Source: Histomonas meleagridis 2922-C6/04-290x (taxonomy: Eukaryota > Protista > Parabasalia). From it: 64,000 bases of DNA. The position numbers were made by a program, and so were the translations under genes. The notes under the pieces are model-generated. The model saw only the letters and a list, made by a program, of their open reading frames with translations, was not told the origin of the DNA and did not search any database. Positions 13,116-24,995 of this stretch are shown one piece after another. Positions within the stretch are counted from its first letter, which is position 1, and the number at the start of each line of letters is the position of its first letter. The stretch lies in the NCBI GenBank assembly GCA_020184695.1, contig JAANOX010000190.1, forward strand, positions 1 to 64,000. Direction: 5' to 3'.

Positions 13116-14390
13116 TTATGACTTATAATATTTTTTGATGTCAGTACAAGCTTCTCCTGATTTACTCATAAATAAATGAATTACATCAATTTCGTTGTTT
13201 TCAATTGCATGCATAAGTGCTGTCTTAAATATTTTAAATAATTTCCAAATATTATTTTGAAATATTAAATTATTAAAATAAAAAATATATATAACAAATA
13301 AATATCTTTAACTTTTGCATCAATTTTTTCTTGTTCAAGAAGTAATTTAACTATTTCTGTATAACCTTTTTCTGATGCTATGATAAGTGCTGTTTGAAAT
13401 ATTTTAAATAATTTCCAAATATTATCATGAAATTTTATATTATTAAAATAAATATCATATAAAATAAAATAATGTTTTTAGCATTAATATCAATTTTTTC
13501 ATGTTCAAGAAGTAATATAACAATTTCTTTGTAACCATTTCTAGATGCTTTCATAAGTGCTGTCCAAAATAATTTAAATAATTTCCAAATATTATTTTGA
13601 AATATCAAATTATTAAAATAAATTTTAAATAAAACAAATAAATATCTTTAGCATTAATATCAATTCCTTCTTGTTCAAGAAGTAATTTAACTATTTCTAT
13701 ACGACCTTTATAAGATGCATACATAAGTGCTGTCCGAAATAATTTAAATAATTTCCTAATATTATTTTGAAATCCAAAATGATTAAAATAAATACAAAAT
13801 AAAATAAATAAATATCTTTAGCATTAATATCAATTCCTTTTTGTTCAAGAAGTAATTGAACTATTTCTGTATTTCCGCTAAAAGATGCTGATATAAGTGC
13901 TGTCCACTATAATTTAAATAATTTCTAAATATTATTTTGAATTTCCAAATTATTAAAATATATTCTAAATAAAACAAATAAATATCTTTAGCATTAATAT
14001 CAATTCCTTTTTGTTCAAGAAGTAATTGAACTATTTCTGTATGACCATTTTCAGATGCTTTAATAAGTGCCGTTTTAAATATTTTAAATAATTTCCAATT
14101 ATAATCCTAAAACTCCAAATTATTATAACATTTTTTAATTAATATCAAAATATATCAGTTTCAGAATTAATATCAATTCCTGGTTGTGCAAGAAGTGCTT
14201 TTACGATTTCAGTATAACCATGGCGTGATGCCCAATGAAGTGCTGTTTCATTTTTTTTAAATAAATACCAAATATCATAATAAAACATCAAAAATTGAAG
14301 AAAAACATGTTTTGCATTGATATTAAACATTTTATATTTGATTTGCCATTGGATAAATTCTGCGATTTCTTGAGGCATTTGGTGGCATTT
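13116..14390 (-). other. Headless ankyrin module array: 7 stop-free modules separated by conserved non-GT-AG spacers (locus A)
   Basis: T(A)AL starts at 14246, 14073, 13903, 13733, 13563, 13393 and 13223 (period 170, once 173). Terminal module ends at TAA 13116. A degenerate frameshifted module lies at about 14307-14390. Confidence 0.9.
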
Positions 14391-14594
14391 TTTTCGAAAC
14401 AATAAAAGCACGTTAATGATACACATAAAGTAGTCAATACTAAAACATTAAATTTCTTAAGCAAAGAATCAAAAAATAATATATTAAAATATTCCATTGC
14501 CACAATAAACTACAAACGAATCATAAAAACAAAAAATTATTGCGTATCATTTTATAATCAAATTAAAATTCTATTGTTGTCAAATAATTGACAT

Positions 14595-17500
14595 TTAAAT
14601 TGTCTGTGGGATAATAGTATAAGTTGGAATTGATTTTCCGTCTCTAATTTTAGTTTCACCCAATTCCTGTACATTAAATCCAGCAGAGAACACCAATTCA
14701 TATACAGCTCTTGTAATATGAATATTATTAACATGACCTGTCACCATCATTTGTAATGTCATATCCATTACTGATCCAATAACTTGTAAAGATGGTCTTG
14801 AGAAACTCATTACACCTGCCACAATGGGGCCCCCCGTGTGCACCCCAATTTTCAGATCGTATTCAATTCCCACTTTTTCAGAGGTCTTCTTAATTTGAGA
14901 CAACAAATCGATACAAAATCTAATTGACTCTTCAGCGTGTCTATCGGGCTTATTAATTTCAGAGAACAAACCGCCGATGAAAGTGTAAGTATGATTAAAT
15001 GAATTTGATTTACAAAGTAAATCATATTTTTGTATTTCTTCGTCAAAAGTATTAAATACGTTATCATAGAATACAAACGGATCAAAATTCTCATTATCAT
15101 TAATTTTTGGAATAATTGAAATTTGACCAATAGTCACACTTTGAACAATGAATGAAATTATATCATTTTCTTGTTCTAAATTATTAATTAATTTCTCAGG
15201 TAATACTTTCGATAACATTGCAGTAATTTGCGCTTGTTCATGTTGAAGTATTCTATTTCTCATGAAGATTTCAGTACAATCCGAAAACACAATTGCAATT
15301 GATTCTATGTCCATATATTCATGATCAACATTCGCAGCGCGATCTGGTGTTAGACAAGAAATGTTACAAATGAAATGTCCAGTTTCACCTGTTTTCATTT
15401 TGATGGAAATGTTTTCAGTAAATTGCGGTGATCGTTTACCATTTAATGCTTCATCAATATGTTGCAAAAGTTTTCCCCATGAATCATCATTTTCTTCTTG
15501 AACTATTAAATCATTTATATACATTCCTTCTATTTTATCGAAGTTATCATAATTTTGGAATAAGTTCATAAATGCATCATTATAATCAACAATTACAAAT
15601 TCTTTGTTAATGATGACAACACCTTTCTTAAGTTTCTTAAGTATAAATTCTGCATTACCATAACCATTTCTTAATCTTTCTTTAACTTTTTTGCCTGTTT
15701 CGATTAATGTAATAGCATTTTGATTACGAGAAATTTGTTCAGGTGAAAAATATAAATAAAACTTTAATCCCATATTCATTTTAAATCTTTGTAAAACATA
15801 ATATATTATAATTAATATACATGTTAATACACTCCAAACTATAGCTACAATTAATAAGATATTATTAATCGAATCATATTTTTGGATTTCATCATTAGTA
15901 TAATTCTTAACTAAATATATATATGGATTAATACGATATTCCATCATAAATGATATATCTAAATAAACTAATGATAAATATTCTTCATCATTAACTGTAA
16001 CTGGATTTAATTTACCATCTGCATGATTACCTAAGAATGTTAATGCTTGCATTAATATTAAGTCAATACTTTCCGAGAATTTCGATGATGCAATGTTTTC
16101 AAATGGTGATTTAATAGATAAAAATGCATTATCTGGTGAAAAAACATCATCAAATGTTGGAAACATTTTTAATTGTTCATCAGTAGCTTGATAAAATATA
16201 TTAATACCTGCAATATCACTCCATACACTACTTGAGAAATATGAAACTGAATATTGTAAATAAGTATTAGCATTAAGATAAAAATATGATCTATTAGTAG
16301 GCGATTGATCTAATAATGGATATATATCTATTTGTGATAATCGATCAAGTGCATATAATCCATTTAACATAAAAGTAAAAGGCATATATAACGTTGATAT
16401 TAAATTACCTACTGTTACTGCAGAACTTGTAAATAATATTGAATAATAATGTATTATTAATGTACATACCAAAATACCAATAAATGAAAACAAAAATATT
16501 ATCATTATTAAAATATAATTATGAGTCTTTTGATTAGCTCCATGATTAAATTTAGAAATATGTGTTAAATCATCATTAGTTTTATCATCACTACCAAATT
16601 GATTAATTACATTACGTATTTCAGTATTAGGAAATGATATAAATGATTGTGCTACTGAATCAAATTGTGAAGATAAATGATATACAATATAAATAAATGG
16701 TAATGATACTAATACTATAGTTAATATTACACATAATGCCATATATTCATTAATATCTTGTAAATTATTTTCATAATTATATGAAGTAAATTCAACAGTA
16801 TATTCTGAACAATTTAACATTACTTGGAATAAAATTGGAAAATATGTATAAAGTATAGTAAACTCTGGTGAAAAGAAAAAGTCATGAGGCGAATTATAAT
16901 TCATTACTTCAAATACATTCATTAACATATTAGATATTAATGTTTTTGCTGCCATTCCTTCATAAGCTTCATAATCATTAAATAAATAAACAACTCTTTG
17001 TGCTGCTTCATCATTTAAATCTAAACTTGATAAAGAATTTATTAATGAATTAAATTTATCTTGAACTGTACCTATATGTGAAACTATAAAATCTTTTGTG
17101 AAATTAATTTTACCAATATGATCAGGATATAAATTAGGAGCTATAATTTTCATTATATTATCATCATTAGGATCAATATATATAGGATAACCTTCCATAA
17201 AATGTGGATAAAAATCAATTTCATTTGTAAGTAATGCAACATCAAATAAGAACTCTTGAATTTGTGTTAAGAAATTAATAGATGTATCAAGTTTATTAGT
17301 AAAACCATTTTTGAAATTATAATAAAATAATACATATAAACCAATTGATATAATTACAGTAATTATTGTAATAATAATACCATAATAAATTTTACCAAGT
17401 TTAGAATGTGATATTAATTCTTGCATTGATTTCATTAAGTTTTGATTCGATTCATCTAAATCATCATCTTTATTCTTCATTAAATTAGTATCAAATTTAG

Positions 17501-19280
17501 AAGATAATGTATTATTTTTAGTGTCTACTTGTTGTAATATAGTATAAAGTATAGGAAATGTAGCTAATGCATTCGACATAGCAAAATCTGGTTGTGTTCT
17601 AAGTTCTTTTTCTAACATATCGATTTTGTTTTTAATTTCATTAATTTCATTATAATCACGTTTAAATATTTGTTGATATTTCAAATGTAAATTTAAGACA
17701 TCTCGAACATTCGGATATTCTTGATTTAATTGATAAAAATCATTATCTAATTCATTAATATAATCTTGTGCTTTCCGAATATCTTCCCAAAAATTCGATA
17801 TATTATTTTGTAATATATTTTCCCAAAACCTTCGCATATATATCATGAAATCTTCCATTTGTTCATTAATATCTTCGATTTGTTCCATGACATATTCAGA
17901 TGTAATAGTTTGTCTTGAACGTGCTACATTTCGAAATTGATATAAATATGAAGACTTTTGTTTAAAGTTTGTAGTTTTAGCAATTAATGCTACTGTCCAC
18001 ATCATTTGTCTATTATTCGATGGAAACATTGATAAAAATCGTGCATAAAATAATAACAAATATTGATTATTAGGGAATCGAATATTTGCCCAATCAAATA
18101 TTTCCATTTTAAATATGTATGGATGACATAATTCAAATGTAGATCTCATTGCACTAATTAATTTAATCGGTGACTTAAAGTTATCATTTAAAATACTTTC
18201 CGATTGTATTGGATTATCCATACATTGATCAAAAATATTTAATGTCTTTAACATAAATCGATTATTAATTAATCTAAAGAATAAAAATGATGCAATAAAT
18301 ACAAAAACTGATACAAGAATTGGTACTTCTGGTTTAAATGGATTTGGTAATAAGAAATTAATGAATTGTAATAAACAAACAACAGCTGCTGTTAAATGTA
18401 AACTTGAAAATACTAAATTGACTGTTCGTTTTGCTAATGGTGAAAATAAAAATAAATATATAACTAAAATAATATGCATGATTAATAATATTAATGGAAA
18501 TATACATCGAATTTTTCCGGGTATAATAGCAGAACAGATCCCAGAAACAGAACAAAGAATGGCACATGATGTAAAAATGGCTTTGGCCCCATATAACCAT
18601 TCTTGCATTGGTACATTCCAAAAAATTACACGTGGTGACACAAAAAATAAGATTAATAAGATACTACTACCTGATATAAATATCCCTAAAACTAATGATA
18701 CGATACTAAGGGCAATGTCTTGACCTTTAACAAGGGAATATATGCAATTTGGTAGGGTCGAAACTAAATATGGAAGAATTATTGGTATAAAAATATCAAA
18801 TATAAAAAATGAAAAATATAACTCTCCACGCCCTATCCTTTTGTTTTTCTGGATTTTTAATACACTCGTTGAAAGATATATAAAAACTATAAAAATAAGA
18901 AGCTCAATACAAAACGCAGCTATCATTCTGGAATAATGGAGAGAAGGATTAAGCCCTTCCCAAAGGTAAGCAAGTACATTAAATATAAAGCTGAAAAAGT
19001 TGTCACTTGGCCATAAATCAGTACAATTATTAAAATAAGCTGGAATAATAAGCTGAATACCAAGGAAAACAGCATATATGTAACCAAATGCTGGATGTAC
19101 AACAATACATGAAAGTACTTTTGCGAAATATGTTTGTAAATTATTTAGAAAAGTAACATAAAAGGGAACATCGAGGATTGAATGTTTCGATTCGACTGTA
19201 GAAAAATCAATTTCACCTGCTTTATTACTCCCCCATGATTGCATATCGAGAGTACTCTCAACAGATGGGAAGCTTTTCAT
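14595..19280 (-). CDS. Multi-transmembrane class III adenylate/guanylate cyclase-like protein with a PAS-like region; probable pseudo-enzyme
   Basis: 1561-aa ORF with many hydrophobic segments; GVVIINKEFVIVDYNDAF (PAS-like); KIGVHTGGPIVAGVM (cyclase). Confidence 0.88.
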   Translation of the reverse strand: MKSFPSVESTLDMQSWGSNKAGEIDFSTVESKHSILDVPFYVTFLNNLQTYFAKVLSCIVVHPAFGYIYAVFLGIQLIIPAYFNNCTDLWPSDNFFSFIFNVLAYLWEGLNPSLHYSRMIAAFCIELLIFIVFIYLSTSVLKIQKNKRIGRGELYFSFFIFDIFIPIILPYLVSTLPNCIYSLVKGQDIALSIVSLVLGIFISGSSILLILFFVSPRVIFWNVPMQEWLYGAKAIFTSCAILCSVSGICSAIIPGKIRCIFPLILLIMHIILVIYLFLFSPLAKRTVNLVFSSLHLTAAVVCLLQFINFLLPNPFKPEVPILVSVFVFIASFLFFRLINNRFMLKTLNIFDQCMDNPIQSESILNDNFKSPIKLISAMRSTFELCHPYIFKMEIFDWANIRFPNNQYLLLFYARFLSMFPSNNRQMMWTVALIAKTTNFKQKSSYLYQFRNVARSRQTITSEYVMEQIEDINEQMEDFMIYMRRFWENILQNNISNFWEDIRKAQDYINELDNDFYQLNQEYPNVRDVLNLHLKYQQIFKRDYNEINEIKNKIDMLEKELRTQPDFAMSNALATFPILYTILQQVDTKNNTLSSKFDTNLMKNKDDDLDESNQNLMKSMQELISHSKLGKIYYGIIITIITVIISIGLYVLFYYNFKNGFTNKLDTSINFLTQIQEFLFDVALLTNEIDFYPHFMEGYPIYIDPNDDNIMKIIAPNLYPDHIGKINFTKDFIVSHIGTVQDKFNSLINSLSSLDLNDEAAQRVVYLFNDYEAYEGMAAKTLISNMLMNVFEVMNYNSPHDFFFSPEFTILYTYFPILFQVMLNCSEYTVEFTSYNYENNLQDINEYMALCVILTIVLVSLPFIYIVYHLSSQFDSVAQSFISFPNTEIRNVINQFGSDDKTNDDLTHISKFNHGANQKTHNYILIMIIFLFSFIGILVCTLIIHYYSILFTSSAVTVGNLISTLYMPFTFMLNGLYALDRLSQIDIYPLLDQSPTNRSYFYLNANTYLQYSVSYFSSSVWSDIAGINIFYQATDEQLKMFPTFDDVFSPDNAFLSIKSPFENIASSKFSESIDLILMQALTFLGNHADGKLNPVTVNDEEYLSLVYLDISFMMEYRINPYIYLVKNYTNDEIQKYDSINNILLIVAIVWSVLTCILIIIYYVLQRFKMNMGLKFYLYFSPEQISRNQNAITLIETGKKVKERLRNGYGNAEFILKKLKKGVVIINKEFVIVDYNDAFMNLFQNYDNFDKIEGMYINDLIVQEENDDSWGKLLQHIDEALNGKRSPQFTENISIKMKTGETGHFICNISCLTPDRAANVDHEYMDIESIAIVFSDCTEIFMRNRILQHEQAQITAMLSKVLPEKLINNLEQENDIISFIVQSVTIGQISIIPKINDNENFDPFVFYDNVFNTFDEEIQKYDLLCKSNSFNHTYTFIGGLFSEINKPDRHAEESIRFCIDLLSQIKKTSEKVGIEYDLKIGVHTGGPIVAGVMSFSRPSLQVIGSVMDMTLQMMVTGHVNNIHITRAVYELVFSAGFNVQELGETKIRDGKSIPTYTIIPQTI

Positions 19281-19956
19281 GGTTATGGTAAAAAACGGAT
19301 TTTTTGAATTTTTCAGAGGTAAAATCAGAATTAATTGAAAAGGAAATAAACAACCCTCAGAACAAAACTGTAAGATTGTTGATCAGCTTTGTCCATCCAC
19401 AAAGCTCTTCTTACATTAATATTAGGAAATTCAAAAATGTTATACGATAAATGAAAAGATGTTCACAAAATGAAATTTAAATTTGTTATTAATTTGAATT
19501 ATTAAAAATTTTTCTTAAAGATCTCAATTAATTACATGAAGTAACCAATAAAACCAAAAATGATCAAATATATTTATAAAAAAATTTTTAAGATTTCTGG
19601 TTTACAAATAATTATCAAAATCAATGAATACAAAGCGAATAGTATAAAAAATCCAACATGATCTTTGTCAACACTTTTTTATAATGCACATTATAATATT
19701 ATTGTATTATGTATTTCCATTTTGCTTTGTGAATATATTTGTTAATATGTAAATTGTTATAACATGTATATATTATGATTTTGATCATTAACATATGTTT
19801 ATATCAACTTTTGTTTTAATACAATTCTTTCTATTGTTAATTGCAAATATTTGATCTTAGAGTTGATTTTAATATTATTAGCAATATGCTTCTTTTCCAT
19901 TTCTTATTGAAAATAAAGATTTGATGTTTGTAGAAGAGAAGTCTGAATTAAAATTT

Positions 19957-21948
19957 TCATTTGGACCTTATATTTTTTCCAAGAAGTAAAATTACTATTT
20001 CTTTGTAACCTCTCATATATGCAATTTGAATTGCGGTAAAATATTGTTAAAACATATTCCAAATTATTAAAACATATTCTAAATTATTAAAACATATTCC
20101 AAATTATTCAAACAATTACTTTTCTCATTAACATCAATTCCTTTATCTAAAAGTAATTTTACTATTTCTATATTATTATTTCCAACTGCTATATGAAGTG
20201 CTGTTTCAAATTATTAAAAAATTTTCTAAATTATTGAAACATATTTCAAATTATTAAAACATATATAAAATTATTAAAACATATACAAAATTATAAAAAC
20301 ATATTCCAAATTATTAAAACATATTTCAAATTATTAAAACATATATAAAATTATTAAAACATATTCCAAATTATTCAAATGAATATTTGTTGCATTAACA
20401 TCAATTCCTTCTTTATCTAAAAGTAATTTTACTATTTCTATATTATTATTTTCAACTGCTAAATGAAGTGCTGTTTTAAATTATTAAAACATATTTTAAA
20501 TTATTAAAACATATTCCAAATTATTAAAACATATATAAAATTATTAAAACATATTTCAAATTATTAAAACATATTCTAAATTATTAAAACATATTTTAAA
20601 TGATTAAAACATATTCCAAATGATTAAAACATATCCAAAATTATTCAAATGGATAATTTTTGCATTAACATCGATTCCTTTTTGTTCTAAAACATATTTC
20701 ACAAGTTCAATATTTTCTGATTCTGAAGCAAATGGCAAAATATCTTTTGGAATTTGGTTATTTTGAAGGAAACAATTAACGAGATATAAATTTCCATTTC
20801 TTGCTGATTCATTTATATTATCAGCATTAATATTAATTCCTTTTTCTGCCAAAAATGCTAAAATTTCATAATTATCCTTTTTAATACAAAAACTTACTAA
20901 ATCATTTGTTTTATCTTCAGACATTTTCGGTATTGATTGTGTTTTTTCTAATTTATTTTCATAAAGATATTTAAAGATATCATTTTTGATGAAATTCAAT
21001 TGCTGCTCCATATGCACCTTCAAATGATGAATGATTTTGCTCACATAAATGAATGATTTCTTCATTTCCACCTGCAACTGCGTATTTACCTGTGTTATTT
21101 ACATTTGCATTATTCATAAGTAAATATTTAAAACATTTAACTGATGAAAAAAATGCTGCATAATCAATTAATGTAACATTTTCTTGGTTAATAAATGAAC
21201 ATCTTTCATAAAGTGATGGTTCAATTATTTGATTAATATCAAAATTTGTTTGTGATGATATTTCTTGAAGTTTTTCTATTTCATCATTTCGAATTATTTT
21301 CGCAATTTCATTTGGATTAACTCCTTCTTTAATATATTTCTTATGAAGCTCCCAATCATTCTTCGAAAGTTCTTCATAATTTTCCAAAAAGTATTCTTCT
21401 ATTTGACCATATACATTAAGCTCAAGTCGCAGGTAGATTAGGTTTTCTTCTTTTGGTTTATAATGAGCAAAATATTTTGATTTAATGTTTTTAGTTATAT
21501 TTTTATCAATTAAATTTTGTTCAATCATTTGCTCTATTAAATAATATGATTCTTGTGTGTTTGCTGCAGATATACGTTTGATAAAAATTAAAATTAGTTT
21601 AAGGATATTTTGATTAATTTCATCTTCTTTAGTTTGAAGTGTTTTTAAAAGATTTAAGTAAATATCAAATGCATGCTTTTTTGATGAAAATGCATTATAA
21701 ACGATGTTGCTTATAATAGTTTTAAATGTGTAGGGATAATTTGAATCGAATAATTCCAAGACTTTATTAGTGGATTCCTGGAAGTTTTTTTCAGTTAAAC
21801 TGAATATAGTTTTCTCAAGCTCAATTAGGAATTTCAAGCATGTTGATAAATTATTCAATTTTTTCTCTCCTGTGTTTATGTTAGTAGTGTCGTCATTAGG
21901 CAAATGACAAATCGAGTGGGGAGTTGTGGTTTGACATTGCAGTGTCAT
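19957..21948 (-). CDS. DUF3447-type ankyrin repeat gene (locus B) with minisatellite-expanded spacers between its last modules; +1 frameshift near 20996
   Basis: ELSKNDWELHK, IIEPSLYERC, LIDYAAFFSSVKCFKYL, YAVAGGNEEIIHLC. Modules start at 20474, 20204 and 20037; final TGA at 19957. Confidence 0.8.
20038..20654 (-). repeat. 20-nt minisatellite (AATAATTTNNNATATGTTTT) forming spacers of 180, 180 and 80 nt
   Basis: On the + strand, repeated aaattattaaaacatattcc variants at 20475-20654, 20205-20384 and 20038-20117. Confidence 0.95.
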
Positions 21949-22575
21949 TAAATAAACTGTTTCTTAACGTACAATTTATCGCCTTTTTATGTTTTTTCTT
22001 CAACAATATAATTAAAAAAATATGTTCAACATGCGCATTTGGATACAATATTAAATATTGAATATCCCGTAAAGTAGTATAATACTTTTCGATTTGCGAA
22101 AATTTATATTTACAAATTAATACTAACCGGCGCCTGAAAATAAACGTCCCCAAGAACTTTTTGCCATTGACTTTTTTAAATGTTTATAATATCGGCTTTC
22201 GTGTAAAGCGCTCAAAAAGTGGAGGTATACATACAAAATTTTCTTCGATAAGTCGTAAAACCCACTTTTTGATATATTTCACATATTAAATAAATTTAAT
22301 GAGTTATATCAAAAAGTGGGAAAGGTGAAATCATGAAAACCATTTCCTTCGTTTTGTAAATAAATCCTGAATAAACACAACAAAAAATCAATACAAATTT
22401 ATTTTAAACACAATGTCTGTATTTCTTTATGTTTTTTTTTTGAAAAATTATATTTTTCACATATTGCTATATTAAAATGACTTCTGTTTGTCTTTGCTCA
22501 CCATGAAAAATTAATGCCACGTGAATGAAGCGCATAAATGTATGTCAGTAAAATGTTCTACTACTTAGGATTCAG

Positions 22576-22818
22576 TTAATTGAAATTTTTTGTTGGAAGT
22601 ACAGAAAGTACTCCAGGCACGTCTGTTGTTTCCACCACTGTTGGTGAGCTTAGCTCCAAAAAATTTTCTATGTACCGCTCACATCTGGCTGGTTTAATTT
22701 CTCCATTTATCAAAATTAGTCTTCCATTAGGCGCTAACTCGTAAAACTCTGTTCCATTAGGTCCTTCATATGAAACCCAGTGAGCTTTTATATGAAAAGT
22801 CGGACGGCCTGTTTTCAT
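22576..22818 (-). CDS. Small hypothetical protein (80 aa)
   Basis: ATG-initiated ORF with higher GC than its flanks and protein-like composition (HWVSYEGPNGTEFYELAPNG); no family recognised. Confidence 0.5.
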   Translation of the reverse strand: MKTGRPTFHIKAHWVSYEGPNGTEFYELAPNGRLILINGEIKPARCERYIENFLELSSPTVVETTDVPGVLSVLPTKNFN

Positions 22819-24249
22819 GGGACCTAGATCTTTACAACAGTTTTGAATTGAATTACTTCACTTTGAATAAAAAACGGCTTTTATCAAAGAAATGAAAAAA
22901 CTGTAATTATTAGATGATTCATCCTATTATTTCATGCAAAAAAAATGATTTTTTCAAGAGCTGCTTGAAGCAAGTCTTTTGATTGTGTTTTATTGTTAAA
23001 AAAATATTTAGAAATGATTCTAAATTTTTTTTAGATATTGATGATTTGGAAAAGTTAAACAATGTAAAACAAAAGAATTGTTGATGTTTCTTACAAATTA
23101 CCAAATGAAAAATGTTTTTAGAAGCATGTAAATGTGAAGATTTTTTTTGATTTTCATTTTACTTAAAATAATAAAATATTGATATTTAAATTAATTATAA
23201 ATTTGAATCCATTTTATATATCTTTGCTTTTGTAGAGAAAATATATAAAAAAATCGGATCGCATAAGAATAGATGAAAAAGAATGAAGTTTGAAACGTTG
23301 ACATCATAAATTTGAATGCTTTCTTCTCAAAAAAAACTTTTTTCAATTGGGTGATGTCAACTCTCAAAAAAAACCGCTTTATTTCAATGGAAATGGAACA
23401 ATGCCAACCACAAAATATCTAAGTGGCGAACATTCTGTGGCGAAAGCAACAAATTGCGTATTACAAATTCACCGAATAAGAAATGTTTCTGCTAAAACCA
23501 AAATTGTAATTTTCAGCCAAAAAATTTTATAAAATAAAAGATTTCAAAAAAAGAAAAAAATTAATTATTTTCAAAGCTCTGATTATAATGCCTAGCAAAC
23601 TTATTACATCATTACAGGTAAATAAATTAAATGATACAAAGGCAATGTTAATATATAAATGTAGATATTAATATTAACTTTAGTAATGTGAAGGGGAATT
23701 TGTGATTCCTACATGCACTGTGAGGGGTTTTATTACGACTTTTTGATTTTCGTACATATCAATAATTAAAATGTTAAGGTGTAACTGATGAATAAACATG
23801 GTGCTGGAATAAGCTATCAGTGTTATAAAAAGAATTGATTTTGAAAAGCAAGAATAAAAATCAATTTGATAAATTAAAGCAATAATTTCCATAATTTCGT
23901 CAAACAATATAACGTGTGATTATAACTAATGGAGCAACCTTCATCTGAACGATATCGTAAAGAATTTGCAATAATTGAAATTTCTTATTTCCAAAAGAAA
24001 AAATAACATAAATAAACGGTCTCCTAATTGGCAGACTGTAAAAATTCTTTATTCGAATTTGTATTCTAGTCGAACAATTACCTAATTTTCACAGTGTGAC
24101 AAAAAGCTCCTATACCCTGTATAATTGAAATCTAAATTGAATTTCTTAAGGAGTGGTTTAAATCAAATTTGAAAATTTGAAAAATTTTCAGAAGGAACAC
24201 ATGAAATCAATCATTCGAGTGAATTTGATCAAATATATAGCATTTCATT

Positions 24250-24760
24250 ATTGGATTTAAATCAACGTCTTTCGCAGATTTGCCTCCGTTCAAAATTTGT
24301 TATTTCAGATTCAGTTGTGACATTAGAATTCGAAACACTATATAAAAGTCCAGAATCAGAAACACTTAACATGGCTATTGGCTTTCTTTAGCGGGATGCA
24401 TTAAATTCTCATCAATTAACGTTGGAGCAATTAGATTTTCATCATTTTCTGCATTTTTAAAACGCCATTTGAACTTTGGAATTGAAGGTTTTGCATTTTA
24501 TGTATGTTATTCAACATGAATCAGAAATCAAGTAGATCAAATGAACCACAACTGGAACTTAAACATTTTCCTGTTGTCCAAATCTTAAATTTATAAAGTA
24601 TCAAATGAAAACAAACAGTATTCACATTCCAATGATGATGGAATTCTTTCTGATAAATGATGTGTTAACCTAAATCACTTACTAAAATTGAAGATTATGC
24701 GTTTCATCAGTGTTCTATTCACGAAACAGTTAATATTGCAACAACTGGCAAATATGCACT
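24250..24760 (+). pseudogene. Decayed BspA/TpLRR surface protein relic
   Basis: Fragments ISDSVVTLEF, FGIEGFAFYVCYS and VSNENKQYSHSNDDGILSDK in different frames with stops. Confidence 0.5.
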
Positions 24761-24995
24761 TTATAACCACACATCTTTATGATGAATTATTAGTAAACTT
24801 TATCTTTTCATATATTTTTATGATGAGTTGGATTACATCGTTTCTTGCTGTTAAGCACCAAAATCAGTCAGTTCCTTAATTATGAAGCCACAAAGTCAAA
24901 TTATCGCTAACATAACCGATAACATAGTTTTGATTGGTTTACTTAATAAAATGGCCGTTTTGTGTAAAACCGTTAAATTAAATGCTTTACCTGCT

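Noticed and set aside
13116-14246. CRISPR-like repeat-spacer array
   Set aside because: The variable parts are 90-nt homologous ankyrin-coding modules, the context is eukaryotic, and there are no cas genes.
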